Source: Patescibacteria group bacterium (lineage in GTDB: Bacteria > Patescibacteriota > Minisyncoccia > Phycocordibacterales > DATDWN01). Taken from it: a stretch of DNA of 64,000 bases. Numbering within the stretch: position 1 is the stretch's first letter; the number at the start of each line of letters is the position of its first letter. The notes under the pieces are model-generated. The model saw only the letters and a program-made list of their open reading frames with translations. It searched no databases and was not told the DNA's origin. The translations under genes were made by a program, and so were the position numbers. The stretch is from assembly GCA_013816135.1 (NCBI GenBank), contig JACDEV010000001.1:28994-92993 (forward strand), in the 5' to 3' direction. Shown piece after piece: positions 18,621 to 28,756 of this stretch.

Positions 18621-18878
18621 ATGAAAACGATTGTTGTTATGACTTTGGTTCAGGTATTGGAAAGTATGGATGGAAAAAACCTCCAGCCTACACACAAATT
18701 CATTGAACCAGGGACAGTGATTAAGGTTGCTGATCCTGAAACATGTACATTCGAAGGACAAGATTGCATCGCTCTACATCTAGAAGGTCATTCTGGAAAC
18801 TTCTATATTATTGAAAAAGACCTGGATGTAGCTCAAGGTGATGCGCCTAAAAGAAGAAAAAAAGATAAAATTAATTAA
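18621..18878 (+). CDS. Hypothetical small protein with a basic tail
   Basis: 85-aa ORF ending in PKRRKKDKIN. Confidence 0.35.
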   Translation: MKTIVVMTLVQVLESMDGKNLQPTHKFIEPGTVIKVADPETCTFEGQDCIALHLEGHSGNFYIIEKDLDVAQGDAPKRRKKDKIN

Positions 18879-18881
18879 ATA

Positions 18882-18920
18882 GCCTGGCGGGTTTCCCCGC
18901 CAGGCTATTATTTAATTTTA
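18882..18920 (+). terminator. Rho-independent terminator (TAGCCTGGCGGG-TTTC-CCCGCCAGGCTA + TTATTTAATTTT)
   Basis: 12-bp perfect stem followed by a T-rich tract. Confidence 0.75.
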
Positions 18921-18967
18921 AACTCAAATTTGCAAAATAAATTTTTTGCGGTAATACTAGATGAGTT

Positions 18968-21175
18968 ATGAAACTTTTAATTGTAGAATCTCCAGCAAAA
19001 GCAAAAACAATTTCAAAATATCTCGACGGAGAGTATGAAGTTGTTGCGTCCGTTGGACACATTCGCGATTTGCCGAAATCAAACAAGATAGCTATCGACA
19101 TTGAATCCGGATTTGTTCCTCATTATGAAATCTCAAAAGGAAAGGAGAAAATTGTGGCAGATATAAAAAGTTTAGCAAAGAAAGCTACAGAAGTTTTACT
19201 TGCAACTGACCCTGACCGTGAAGGAGAAGCTATTGCTTGGCATATTGCCGAGGCAACAGGCCTCAAGCATCCAAAGCGAGTAGTCTTCCACGAAATTACC
19301 AAAGAAGCTGTCACAGAAGCAGTTAAACATCCAAGAGATATCGATGATAACTTGAAGCAAGCTCAGGAAGCCAGAAGAGTTCTAGACAGACTAGTAGGTT
19401 ACGATTTATCAGGACTTATTTGGAAAAAGGTTCGTTATGGTCTATCAGCAGGAAGAGTTCAATCCCCTGCACTTCGAATAATCATGGAACGTGAAAGAGA
19501 AATACGAGCTTTCAAGAGCCATACCTTCTGGGTTATTTCTGCTGAAGTAGCAAAGGATAAAAAAATCAACTTCACAGTTGTCTGCGAAGAAGAACCTGTG
19601 GACGAAAAAGTTTTGAAACACATTGTTCTAGTTGCGGAAAAAGGAGGCCAAGATAAAAAGTGGAAAGTAAAAGATGTAAAAGAAACAGAAGTAAAAAAAT
19701 CTCCGAAAGCTCCATTCATCACTTCAACTCTCCAACAGTCTGCCTCAAGCCGTTTAGGTTACGCTCCATCTAGAACTATGGGTATTGCTCAGAAACTATA
19801 CGAATCTGGACACATTACTTATATGAGAACAGACTCAACAAATCTCAGTCAATTAGCTATTTCAGAAATATCTAAAGTTGTTGAAAAGAAATTTGGCAAA
19901 GATTTATTACAAATAAGAACTTATTCTGCAAAAAGTAAAAATGCACAAGAAGCCCACGAAGCAATTCGCCCTACTCATTTTGATATTGAGGAAGTCGGAC
20001 TAAATGACGAACAAAAAAAACTCTACCAACTTATATGGAGAAGAGCTGTAAGTTCACAGATGAAAGATGCTCAGACTTTGAGGACAAAGATAACTGCTAA
20101 TGTAGATGGAAATGATATTCCTGATTTTTCCATCACTGGTTCTCAAATAAAATTTCCAGGCTGGCTTATGGGAGACCCGGCTTCGAGAGGCGACGATGTT
20201 GAATTACCAAAGGTCAAAGTCGGCGAACAATTAGAACTAATTAAAGTTTCTTCAGAAGAAAAGCAGACCGAACCACCAACACGCTATTCTGAAGCTGGTC
20301 TCGTGAAGGAATTAGAAAAAAGAGGTATCGGACGTCCTTCAACTTATGCTTCTATAATCAAAACCATTGAAGACAGAGGTTATGTAGAAAAGATAAATAA
20401 AGCTCTAGTTCCAACAGACACAGGAGATGTAGTTTCGAGTTTCCTTGAAGCAAACTTTGCAGACTATATAAGTGACAGCTTCACTGCTGAGATGGAAGAC
20501 AAATTAGACCTCATTGCTGAAGGTAAGGAAGAATATGTAAAAACTCTAAAGACATTTTATAAACCTTTCCTTGCGGAAGTGAAAAGCAAAGACAAGATGG
20601 ATAAGGTTACAAATCTGGGAGATGCTGATCCAAAATTCAAATGTCCTACCTGCGGAAAAGATATGATAATCAAACTCTCCCGAAGTGGAAAATTTCTTTC
20701 ATGCTCTAATTATCCTGATTGTGAAGGTGCACTTACAATGGAAGGAGTTGAGATAAAGAAAGATGAACCAATTGGTATGGATCCTGAAACAGGCCTGCCA
20801 ATATTTCTTATGATCGGAAAGTACGGACCATATGTTCAACTTGGAGAAAGAGTGAAAGGTAAAGGTTCTAAAAAAGCCAAAAAGCCAAAAATGGCTAGTG
20901 TTCCAAAGACAAAAGATCTGACTTCTGTAACTCTTGAAGATGCTCTAACATATCTGACTTTGCCAAGAATACTCGGAGTTCATCCCGACACAGGCGAAAA
21001 CATATCTGCAAATATAGGAATGTTCGGACCTTATGTTGTTCATCAAAAAGATTTCCGATCACTTAAAGAAGATGATGTTTATAAAATTGAACTTCCTAGA
21101 GCTCTTGAAATATTTTCCCAAGAAAAAAAGTCCCGTAGTAGAGGTCGTTATAGTGCCAAAGGCACGAAAAAATAA
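18968..21175 (+). CDS. topA: DNA topoisomerase I
   Basis: Toprim MKLLIVESPAKAKTISKYL...VGHIRDL and C-terminal Zn-ribbons (CPTCGKDM...CSNYPDCEG). 735 aa. Confidence 0.9.
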   Translation: MKLLIVESPAKAKTISKYLDGEYEVVASVGHIRDLPKSNKIAIDIESGFVPHYEISKGKEKIVADIKSLAKKATEVLLATDPDREGEAIAWHIAEATGLKHPKRVVFHEITKEAVTEAVKHPRDIDDNLKQAQEARRVLDRLVGYDLSGLIWKKVRYGLSAGRVQSPALRIIMEREREIRAFKSHTFWVISAEVAKDKKINFTVVCEEEPVDEKVLKHIVLVAEKGGQDKKWKVKDVKETEVKKSPKAPFITSTLQQSASSRLGYAPSRTMGIAQKLYESGHITYMRTDSTNLSQLAISEISKVVEKKFGKDLLQIRTYSAKSKNAQEAHEAIRPTHFDIEEVGLNDEQKKLYQLIWRRAVSSQMKDAQTLRTKITANVDGNDIPDFSITGSQIKFPGWLMGDPASRGDDVELPKVKVGEQLELIKVSSEEKQTEPPTRYSEAGLVKELEKRGIGRPSTYASIIKTIEDRGYVEKINKALVPTDTGDVVSSFLEANFADYISDSFTAEMEDKLDLIAEGKEEYVKTLKTFYKPFLAEVKSKDKMDKVTNLGDADPKFKCPTCGKDMIIKLSRSGKFLSCSNYPDCEGALTMEGVEIKKDEPIGMDPETGLPIFLMIGKYGPYVQLGERVKGKGSKKAKKPKMASVPKTKDLTSVTLEDALTYLTLPRILGVHPDTGENISANIGMFGPYVVHQKDFRSLKEDDVYKIELPRALEIFSQEKKSRSRGRYSAKGTKK

Positions 21176-21387
21176 TACCGACCTCACTACGGATTAATCC
21201 GGTAGTGTAGTTGGTATTAGCATTTGCGCAAGGTATTCCTTGTCATACCAACTTCTACTAGCGGAAAGCGTGGTTTTGCAAAGAAAAAGAAAGTTTAGTT
21301 GAATTTAGATAATAGAAAAGATCTCGACGTGTCGAGAGTTCGTGATACGCACGAGACCCTTTCCATATCGAGACCAAATGCCTCATT

Positions 21388-21660
21388 TTATTTGATGTAA
21401 CCCAGAAGTTGTCTGTGTCCACACTTCATGCACTGGCGGATTTCAAGACCCTCCTTCTTGATGACATGAGCGAAGAGTGAGGAGCAGTTACCGCAAAGCT
21501 GAAATCGTCCAGAGGCTCTGCCTGCTGCGAAGACCACGAAGGTAATGATGAGAATTACGATCAACACGACGCCGACAACGAACTGTCCGTCCTGAGTCTG
21601 CAACATGTTGAGAAAACGGTAGACAGGGACCATGTGATCCTCCGCGCTATTAAAGCGCAT
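21388..21660 (-). CDS. Small membrane protein with a C-terminal zinc ribbon, hypothetical
   Basis: TM helix VVGVVLIVILIITFVVFAAG, then CGNC...CMKCGH. GC-rich. Confidence 0.4.
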   Translation of the reverse strand: MRFNSAEDHMVPVYRFLNMLQTQDGQFVVGVVLIVILIITFVVFAAGRASGRFQLCGNCSSLFAHVIKKEGLEIRQCMKCGHRQLLGYIK

Positions 21661-21747
21661 TACTTACATCTTTTATAATTATACCAATCTATATAACTAA
21701 AGTCAATACCATATAAAAAGCTCTAGAATTGGGTTATAATCGAAAAT

Positions 21748-23301
21748 ATGAATGATATTAAAGAGATAACTTCCCTACTGCATGACCCCAGCCCAAGTGA
21801 TATGGCGCTTATTTCAAAGGCTTATGATTTTGCAAAAAAAGCTCACGAGGGTCAGGACAGAAAAGCTGGAGATCCGTACTTCAATCACCTTTTTGCGACT
21901 GCAAAGAATATTGCAGAGCTTGGAATGGGTCCGACTACTATTTCGGCAGGTTTTCTTCATGACACAATAGAAGACACCAAAGCAACAGCTGAACAGATTG
22001 AAAATGAGTTTGGTAAAGAAATTCTATTTCTTGTGGAAGGTGTAACAAAACTAGGTAAAATCCGCTACCAAGGAAGTGCTAGGCACAATGAAAGTTTGAG
22101 AAAATTATTTGTAGCAATGTCCCAAGATATCCGAGTGTTGATAATAAAGCTATGTGACAGACTTCACAACATGCAGACTCTTGAGCATGTCGCAAAGGAA
22201 AAGCAAGTTCGTATCGCTACAGAAACACTGGAAATTTATGCACCGATTGCATATCGACTTGGAATTAGAAAATTAAATCGTGAACTTGAAGATCTAGCTT
22301 TCAAATATGTTTATCCAGAAGAATATAAGCAAGTAATTGATCTTCTGAATCAGCACAAAGGAACTGAATTGGAATATTTGGAAAAGTTCAATAAAAGTTT
22401 GAAAAAAGAGTTGGCAAAAGGAGAAGTTACTGACTTCCATACAGATTTCCGTATCAAAGGACTTTACAGTCTTCATAAAAAGCTAAAACGTAAAGAACTT
22501 GATATTGAAAATGTCCATGATATATCAGCTTTAAGAGTAGTCGTCCCAAACATAGCAGACTGCTATAAAGTATTAGGAATCATTCATAGCAACTGGAGAC
22601 CTCTTCCTGGGCGCATAAAGGACTATATCGCCTTTCCAAAACCTAATGGATACAGATCTCTTCACACAACCATCTTTACCGGTGATGGAGGAATAATTGA
22701 AGTTCAAATTAAAACAGATGAAATGTATCGTGAAGCAGAATATGGAATCACTTCACATATTTCCTATAAACAAGTCCAGAATGATAATTCCAAAAAAACC
22801 AAACTTACTACTAATCCGAATTTGCAATGGGTAAAACAAATTTTACCAACAATGGAAAAATGGAATAACGACGACCCAATAAATTTAGGTAAAAAAATAC
22901 CCAAAAGATCACTAAATCTTGAAGATGTTCCAAGCTGGGTAAAGGACCTTGTCGAGTATCAAAAAGAAGCCGGTGATGAGTTTTTGGATGACATCAAGAC
23001 TGATTTCTTTGAAGAGAGGATTTTTGTATTTACACCTAAAGGAGATGTGATAGATCTACCAAAAGGCTCATCTATAATTGATTTCGCGTTTGCAATTCAT
23101 ACAGATATTGGTGGCCACATGGCCGGTGCAAAAGTAAATGGCAAATTTGTAACTATAAACACTATCCTAAAAAATGGTGATCGAGTAGAAATTGAAACTA
23201 AAAAAAATGCTAAACCTAGTGTTAAATGGCTGGAGCACTGCAAAACAACAATGGCGAAACGAAGAATAATTAGAGCTGTTGAGACTTTGAAAACAAAGTA
23301 G
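21748..23301 (+). CDS. rel: Bifunctional (p)ppGpp synthetase/hydrolase, RelA/SpoT family (short; HD + synthetase + TGS, no ACT)
   Basis: HD domain HLFATAKNIAELGMGPTTISAGFLHDTIEDT, synthetase RVVVPNIADCYKVLGIIH..W.P, and a TGS domain IFVFTPKGDVIDLPKGSSIIDFAFAIHT. Confidence 0.85.
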   Translation: MNDIKEITSLLHDPSPSDMALISKAYDFAKKAHEGQDRKAGDPYFNHLFATAKNIAELGMGPTTISAGFLHDTIEDTKATAEQIENEFGKEILFLVEGVTKLGKIRYQGSARHNESLRKLFVAMSQDIRVLIIKLCDRLHNMQTLEHVAKEKQVRIATETLEIYAPIAYRLGIRKLNRELEDLAFKYVYPEEYKQVIDLLNQHKGTELEYLEKFNKSLKKELAKGEVTDFHTDFRIKGLYSLHKKLKRKELDIENVHDISALRVVVPNIADCYKVLGIIHSNWRPLPGRIKDYIAFPKPNGYRSLHTTIFTGDGGIIEVQIKTDEMYREAEYGITSHISYKQVQNDNSKKTKLTTNPNLQWVKQILPTMEKWNNDDPINLGKKIPKRSLNLEDVPSWVKDLVEYQKEAGDEFLDDIKTDFFEERIFVFTPKGDVIDLPKGSSIIDFAFAIHTDIGGHMAGAKVNGKFVTINTILKNGDRVEIETKKNAKPSVKWLEHCKTTMAKRRIIRAVETLKTK

Positions 23302-24375
23302 TTATATAGAAAAATTCTTTATTGAGTATATTTCTTCTTCAGAATTATCATCAGATTTAACTTGTTCAGGAGTCCGATCATCTAGATTGTTTAAATCTTC
23401 AACTGTCATCTCAGCAATCTTTGGATCTCGGACATAGTTGGGAATGTGTTCATTTATTGGAGCTATTGGGTTCGCCTCAATATGCCGATCTAACATCTGT
23501 GTAGGAGAAGCTGCTATTTTGTTTGATTTCAATAAATCTAGAATTACATGCAGATCATCTACTGAAAAATAATCGATCATGATCTTTCCCCCATTCTCTC
23601 TTTTCTCAATAGAAACTCGAGTACCGAGAGTTTCAGTAAGCTTCTCTTCCATTTCCTGTGTTTCAGGATCTAGTGTAGCTCCTTTCTTTCGTATCTTGTC
23701 ATAAGCTATTCGACGGCCAATAGCTTCTGCCTCACGTACGGTCAACTTCTTAAACATTATTTCCTTAAACAAGGTTAGCTGTTCCTCGGGTCTGTCACCG
23801 AGCATCATCAAAGGTCTAGCATGACCTTCCGATATTTTCCCTAATGATAAGGCATCCAAGATTTCCGGTGGTAGTGCGAGAAGTCTAAGTGAGTTAGAAA
23901 CATACTCGCGACTTTTTCCGACTTTCTTGGCAATCTCAATATGCTTAAAACCAAATTCTTCAGAAAGTCTCATGAAAGCGCGAGCTCTGTCGACAGGATT
24001 CAAATCCTCTCGCTGGATGTTTTCAATAATTGCTAGTTCTAACTTCATCAAGTCATTTGTCTCATCACCCACTTTGATCAGGACTGGTACCTGGCTTAAG
24101 CCTGCTAGTTTGGAAGCTCGTAGACGTCGCTCACCCGCAATTAATTCGTATTCCACAGACAAGCCACCATCTTCCTTTGGAACTTCCTTACGAGTAACCA
24201 CAAGAGCTTGGAGAACTCCATACTGTCTTATCGAATCAGAAAGACTCTTTAGCTGAGTTTCATCAAAATCACGACGAGGCTGAAAGGGATTTGGAACTAT
24301 CTTGTCGACGTCGATCCAAAAAATAGAATCATTGTAGAATTGGGACATAATTTTTATGTAAAACAATTTTATCAT
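23302..24375 (-). CDS. parB: ParB/Spo0J chromosome partitioning protein
   Basis: IVPNPFQPRRDFDETQLKSLSDSIRQYGVLQALVV and ELIAGERRLRAS. Confidence 0.85.
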   Translation of the reverse strand: MIKLFYIKIMSQFYNDSIFWIDVDKIVPNPFQPRRDFDETQLKSLSDSIRQYGVLQALVVTRKEVPKEDGGLSVEYELIAGERRLRASKLAGLSQVPVLIKVGDETNDLMKLELAIIENIQREDLNPVDRARAFMRLSEEFGFKHIEIAKKVGKSREYVSNSLRLLALPPEILDALSLGKISEGHARPLMMLGDRPEEQLTLFKEIMFKKLTVREAEAIGRRIAYDKIRKKGATLDPETQEMEEKLTETLGTRVSIEKRENGGKIMIDYFSVDDLHVILDLLKSNKIAASPTQMLDRHIEANPIAPINEHIPNYVRDPKIAEMTVEDLNNLDDRTPEQVKSDDNSEEEIYSIKNFSI

Positions 24376-24420
24376 GGAAAGTTCAACAGCTCAAATATAG
24401 TGGCTTTTAACCATGTTATA

Positions 24421-25758
24421 ATGCCCAAGATGAAAAAAGCCGAAACTACTGAAAAAGATAAAGACGATTTCAAAGTGGAAGGTGGTAGAAAACTTTCTGG
24501 AACGATCGAAACAAACACATCTAAAAATGGAGCTTTGGGACTCTTTTGTGCTTCCCTCTTAAATCGTAGTCAGACTATCCTTCACGGTATTCCAAGAATT
24601 GAAGAGATTTCCAGGATCATTGAAATCTTCGAAAGTATTGGCGTGAGTGTTGAATGGATAGAGAAAAATTCAGTACGTATTTCTCCACCTATAAAGTTTA
24701 GTTTAAATAAAATAGATAGCAGTGCATCTACGCGCATCAGATCAATACTTATGATGATAGGAGCTCTCATTCACTTTGAAAAAGAGTTTAAAATTCCACA
24801 TGCTGGTGGGTGCAAGATGGGACAGCGGACAATTGCGGCTCACAGATATGGTCTGGAAGCTTTGGGAGTAAGCATCAATACTGAAGAATCTTTCTACGAA
24901 ATAAAAAGTAGAGTTCTCAAAGCTAATAACATTGTGTTATACGAGGCCAGTGACACAGCTACGGAAAATCTTCTTATCGCCGCAGCCTTAATACCAGGAG
25001 TGACCACTTTTCGATTTACTCCTCCTAACTATCAAGTTCAGGAAGTCTGTTTCTTTTTAGAAAAATGCGGAGTAAAAATAGAAGGTATAGGCACAAGCAC
25101 ATTGATTGTCCACGGTGTAAAAGAAATAAATACTCCAATTGAGTATTACAACAGTGAAGATCCCGTGGAATCAATGATGTTTATCTCAGCAGCAATTATT
25201 ACTAAATCTGATTTGAAAATTACTCGCTGCCCTATTGATTTCTTATCACTGGAATTACTAAAACTAGAAATAATGGGTTTGAAATATAAAAAATCTGAAA
25301 TATATAAAGCAAAAAACGGAAGAACCGATCTGTGCGACCTTACTATTTATGACTCCAAACTAACAGCATTAGTAGACAAAATACATGCAGCAGCTTATCC
25401 AGGAATAAATTCTGATAATCTTCCTTTTTTTGTTCCAATTGCTACAACAGCAGAAGGTTCAACACTGATCCATGATTGGATGTGGGAAAATAGAGCAATT
25501 TATTTCACAGAACTAAACAAGCTTGGTGCAAACATTATTTTAGCTGATCAACATCGCGTTTTCGTAAATGGACCAACAGAGCTTAGAGCCAACGAAATCA
25601 TCTGTCCTCCTGCTTTACGTCCAGCAATGATAGTTCTAGTTGCTATGCTAGGGAGCAAAGGTACATCTATACTTCGAAATGTATACTCAATAAAACGTGG
25701 CTACGAAAACATAGCAGAAAGACTGAATGCTATTGGGGCGGATATTACGATATTGTAA
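24421..25758 (+). CDS. murA: UDP-N-acetylglucosamine 1-carboxyvinyltransferase
   Basis: VEGGRKLSGTIETNTSKNGALGLFCASLL is MurA/EPSP-synthase-fold. The start was moved to the internal ATG at 24421 to avoid overlap with the parB start. Confidence 0.8.
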   Translation: MPKMKKAETTEKDKDDFKVEGGRKLSGTIETNTSKNGALGLFCASLLNRSQTILHGIPRIEEISRIIEIFESIGVSVEWIEKNSVRISPPIKFSLNKIDSSASTRIRSILMMIGALIHFEKEFKIPHAGGCKMGQRTIAAHRYGLEALGVSINTEESFYEIKSRVLKANNIVLYEASDTATENLLIAAALIPGVTTFRFTPPNYQVQEVCFFLEKCGVKIEGIGTSTLIVHGVKEINTPIEYYNSEDPVESMMFISAAIITKSDLKITRCPIDFLSLELLKLEIMGLKYKKSEIYKAKNGRTDLCDLTIYDSKLTALVDKIHAAAYPGINSDNLPFFVPIATTAEGSTLIHDWMWENRAIYFTELNKLGANIILADQHRVFVNGPTELRANEIICPPALRPAMIVLVAMLGSKGTSILRNVYSIKRGYENIAERLNAIGADITIL

Positions 25759-25795
25759 AACACCTACAACATTTCTGTTGTAGGTGTTTTATGAG
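25759..25795 (+). terminator. Rho-independent terminator (AACACCTACAAC-ATTTCT-GTTGTAGGTGTT + TTAT)
   Basis: 12-bp perfect stem directly after the murA stop. Confidence 0.7.
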
Positions 25796-26009
25796 TGACC
25801 AATTTAATTTATTTTCTTGGTATAGAACTCAAGAAAACCAATATCGAGTCAATTTCTAAGGCCTCTTTTAGTTATGCTTTCGCTTAATACGTTTGATTGC
25901 CTGAAGTTTACTTGTTTCTTTTGAATTAGAACGAGATACTGATTTTCTTGAACTCTTAAGGATTGGAGAAAATACCTTGTCTATATACTATCATAAGTGA
26001 AGAAATATG

Positions 26010-26555
26010 TCAAGCTTTTAATTTGATCTCATTAATTTTATTCCATATTCCTATGTCTCCTATTTTTTTATAAAGATCCACAGAATAAACAATAAATGTA
26101 AACGTTTCAGCAACATTAGTGAGTTCATCCTTAATTTCAGTAAATAGTTTATCAGCTATACCAGCAGAAATAGTCATGTGAGGATTGAAATCTGATATAT
26201 TGTCATCATATTTAAGTAAAACACGACCTTTAAGAACAACAGAAGATGCTGAATTAATTTCTTTCAAGTAAATAATGGACTTAGAATTTGGTTTGAAATA
26301 AACTACATTACTATCATTTCTGTTTTCAAAATAACCAATCGAGTCTAGCGTAACTTCTTCCGATTTTAAACTAAATAATTCCTCAGATAGTTTTTTTATT
26401 ATGATGTCTAAATCCTCAGTATGAAATGGAGGGTAGATAGTTATATGTGGCTCGATTGAAGAAATAAGCTTTTTATATATTTTTCTATATTCATCTACTT
26501 TTCTAGACACTTCATTGGGTGGTGTGATAGCTAAGAGGTACGAAATTTTATCCAT
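26010..26555 (-). CDS. 2H phosphoesterase superfamily protein (LigT/2'-5' RNA ligase-like)
   Basis: Two H-x-T-x motifs (EPHITIYPPF and NPHMTISAG) at the spacing typical of LigT. Confidence 0.65.
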   Translation of the reverse strand: MDKISYLLAITPPNEVSRKVDEYRKIYKKLISSIEPHITIYPPFHTEDLDIIIKKLSEELFSLKSEEVTLDSIGYFENRNDSNVVYFKPNSKSIIYLKEINSASSVVLKGRVLLKYDDNISDFNPHMTISAGIADKLFTEIKDELTNVAETFTFIVYSVDLYKKIGDIGIWNKINEIKLKA

Positions 26556-26563
26556 AAATAAAT

Positions 26564-26700
26564 CATATCATGAAGCCGGAGGTGAGAATCTTTCCCTCGA
26601 CTCAAACTCTCGCCGTCGCTCATGTTTGGTCTGGGCACCAACTCGCGTTTTCGTTTTGCTAAACGAAAAATCGCTCCGTTGTTCAAGTCTCTCGCGCGAA
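26564..26700 (+). other. Degenerate tRNA-Leu(CAA)-like pseudo-tRNA with two insertions, convergent with the real tRNA-Leu(CAA)
   Basis: Plus strand GCCGGAG...CGACTCAAA[~37-nt insert]CGCGT[~22-nt hairpin insert TTTTCGTTT-AGCA-AAACGAAAA]CGCTCCGTTGTTCAAGTCTCTC mirrors the acceptor, anticodon arm and T-arm of the adjacent tRNA. The 3' acceptor is not matched. Confidence 0.5.
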
Positions 26701-26723
26701 ACATGTTTCGCTCTCTAGCACAA

Positions 26724-26745
26724 ACCAAAAACCGCTTTCGCGGTT
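26724..26745 (-). terminator. Terminator after tRNA-Leu(CAA) (AAACCGC-GAAA-GCGGTTT + T5 on the minus strand)
   Basis: 7-bp stem and T5 immediately 3' of the tRNA. Confidence 0.6.
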
Positions 26746-26752
26746 TGTTTTG

Positions 26753-26834
26753 TGCCGGAGGAGAGACTTGAACTCTCAACCCTTGCGAGACGCGATTTTG
26801 AGTCGCGCGCGTATACCAATTCCGCCACTCCGGC
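26753..26834 (-). tRNA. tRNA-Leu (anticodon CAA)
   Basis: Acceptor GCCGGAG/CTCCGGC, anticodon loop CTCAAAA, long variable arm, T-loop TTCAAGT. Confidence 0.9.
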
Positions 26835-26898
26835 ATAAACAAAAGAATACCTTATATAAACAAAAAATCAAACATAAATTTTATAATCTTATCCGTAT

Positions 26899-26935
26899 AA
26901 TAGAGAAAGGTCGGCACGGATGCCGACCTTTTTTT
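26899..26935. terminator. Terminator hairpin (AAAGGTCGGC-ACGGAT-GCCGACCTTT + T7)
   Basis: 10-bp perfect stem with T7 on the plus strand, between tRNA-Leu and the 3' end of 26938..27459. Confidence 0.6.
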
Positions 26936-26937
26936 AT

Positions 26938-27459
26938 TTACTTTGAATTCTTCTTTCTTGCACGTTTTCTTTTTTTCCACGCCTTATTGCGTACTGTGGC
27001 GGGGAGAAGTTTCGTTTCTCTAAACAACAACTTCCTGACAGTAAGAGCCTCGTGGATATGGGTATTGCTAACTTTAATACCCATAAGCATTACTGGATCT
27101 CCCACTCGACTTAGACGGCTTTGATAAAGAACGTACTTTTCATCCTCCTCGATGATTTCGATTTCATACCCCAATGCAACAATCAAGGGAAAATGCGCTA
27201 CACACAATCGCTTCGCCAAGTCCACATATCTGCTTGGAGACATCGTACGAACGAAACTCTCCGCAGCAATCCACACGGTGGCGCTTTGAGACTTCTGACC
27301 TCGACTGTAAGCTTTCCAAATACCGTTAAGTACTTGAATGAGAATCTTACGTCTAATCAGTTCTTCGGGTTGAAGCCGTAGTACTTCCCACTTTTTTATC
27401 TTTTTGAGAATCCCTTGTCTATCTTTCTTGGTCTTGATATCGAGCACAACACGTGACAT
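26938..27459 (-). CDS. Hypothetical protein with a Lys/Arg-rich C-terminal tail; tRNA-adjacent and GC-richer than flanks
   Basis: 173-aa ORF ending KAWKKRKRARKKNSK; no family recognised. Confidence 0.35.
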   Translation of the reverse strand: MSRVVLDIKTKKDRQGILKKIKKWEVLRLQPEELIRRKILIQVLNGIWKAYSRGQKSQSATVWIAAESFVRTMSPSRYVDLAKRLCVAHFPLIVALGYEIEIIEEDEKYVLYQSRLSRVGDPVMLMGIKVSNTHIHEALTVRKLLFRETKLLPATVRNKAWKKRKRARKKNSK

Positions 27460-27519
27460 CTTTGCCTCCTCATAGCAATTGCTCTATAACTGAATCCGTC
27501 GTATAGTCTGACAGACTTT

Positions 27520-28428
27520 ATGAAAAATACAAGACTCCAAATTAAACCTAAGATATTGGTGATTTTAGGTCCAACTGCTTCTGGGAAAAGCGCACTCGCT
27601 GTAAATATTGCTAAAAAATATAATGGCGAGATTATTTCTGCTGATTCTAGACAAGTGTATATTGGTCTGGATATTGGAACAGGTAAAATAACAAAGAAAG
27701 AAATGATGGCTATTCCCCACTACATGCTCGACGTTGTCTCTCCAAAAAAAGTTTTTTCAGTTTCTGATTGGAAAAAACAAACAGAAAGAATCATTAAAGA
27801 TATCCTTGCTAGAGGGAAACTACCTATTATATGTGGTGGAACTGGTTTTTATATTCAGTCTATTGTAGAGGGTATTATTCTTCCAGAAGTTTCAGCAAAC
27901 AAGAAACTAAGAAAAACACTAGAGAGAGAAAGTTTATCTGAACTTTTAAATACACTGATCAGACTGGATCCAAAAAAAGCAAAAGAAATAGATACAAAAA
28001 ATCCTGTAAGACTTATTCGTGCAATCGAGATTGCTACAGCTCTTGGCTCGGTTCCAAAGATTAAAAAAAATGAAGCCTATGATGTATTACAAATTGGTTT
28101 GAAGATTGAAGACAATGATCTCAAAAGAAGAATAAATAAAAGAATAACTTCTAGACTAAAATCCGGAATGATACAAGAAGTAAAATCTCTTCATAAACAA
28201 GGACTTTCTTGGAAGAGAATGAATGAACTAGGTCTTGAATACAAACTGCTCGCTACATACATTCAGGAAAAAACTACAAAAAAAGAATTGATAAAAAACT
28301 TAAACAATGAAATTTGGCACTATGCCAAAAGACAAATGACCTGGTTCAAGAGAGATAAGAATATAAAGTGGTACTCACCAATAAGCAAAAAAATAAATTC
28401 GGAAATTAAGGATTTTTTAAGTGTCTAA
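27520..28428 (+). CDS. miaA: tRNA dimethylallyltransferase
   Basis: P-loop ILGPTASGKSALAVNIAKK...IISADSRQVY.GLDIGT.K. Confidence 0.85.
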   Translation: MKNTRLQIKPKILVILGPTASGKSALAVNIAKKYNGEIISADSRQVYIGLDIGTGKITKKEMMAIPHYMLDVVSPKKVFSVSDWKKQTERIIKDILARGKLPIICGGTGFYIQSIVEGIILPEVSANKKLRKTLERESLSELLNTLIRLDPKKAKEIDTKNPVRLIRAIEIATALGSVPKIKKNEAYDVLQIGLKIEDNDLKRRINKRITSRLKSGMIQEVKSLHKQGLSWKRMNELGLEYKLLATYIQEKTTKKELIKNLNNEIWHYAKRQMTWFKRDKNIKWYSPISKKINSEIKDFLSV

Positions 28429-28475
28429 AAATTACAATTCAAATTAAATAAATATTGTGTTATTATGTTGCCCAC

Positions 28476-28546
28476 GGGGGATTAGTTAAGTGGTATAACA
28501 GCGCTCTCCAAAAGCACTGTCGGGAGTTCGATTCTTCCATCCCCCG
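28476..28546 (+). tRNA. tRNA-Trp (anticodon CCA)
   Basis: Acceptor GGGGGAT/ATCCCCC, D-loop AGTGGTA, anticodon loop CTCCAAA, T-loop TTCGATT. One C·A mismatch in the anticodon stem. Confidence 0.75.
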
Positions 28547-28604
28547 CAAAAATTACGGAGTAATTTTTTTCTGGGGGATGAGCAGAGCATGGGTATGCTC
28601 TGCG

Positions 28605-28745
28605 TGAAGAATCGAAGCCCGATTGAGATATTTTGTGAGCAATGCGATACAAAATATCCAATTGGGATACTGCTCCTGTAAGGAGAGATTCTTCTATGGA
28701 GACGGCGAGTTTTGAGTCGCGGAAGATTCTTCCATTTTTTGTTAT
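28605..28745. repeat. Patchwork of tRNA-derived fragments: partial tRNA-Tyr 3'-half copy, tRNA-Leu anticodon-arm-like segment and an 11-nt repeat of the tRNA-Trp 3' region
   Basis: 28629-28639 TCGAAGCCCGA equals the tRNA-Tyr variable/T region at 31184-31194. 28706-28717 TTTTGAGTCGCG equals the antisense tRNA-Leu(CAA) anticodon arm. 28727-28737 GATTCTTCCAT equals 28531-28541. A 9-bp hairpin GCAGAGCAT-GGGT-ATGCTCTGC also sits here. Confidence 0.5.
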
Positions 28746-28756
28746 AATTATGTTAT

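Noticed and set aside
21185-21260. Possible tRNA (D-loop-like AGTTGGTA)
   Set aside because: There is no T-arm or T-loop (GTTCGAATC-like) and no matched acceptor stem. It is a set of palindromes, not a cloverleaf.
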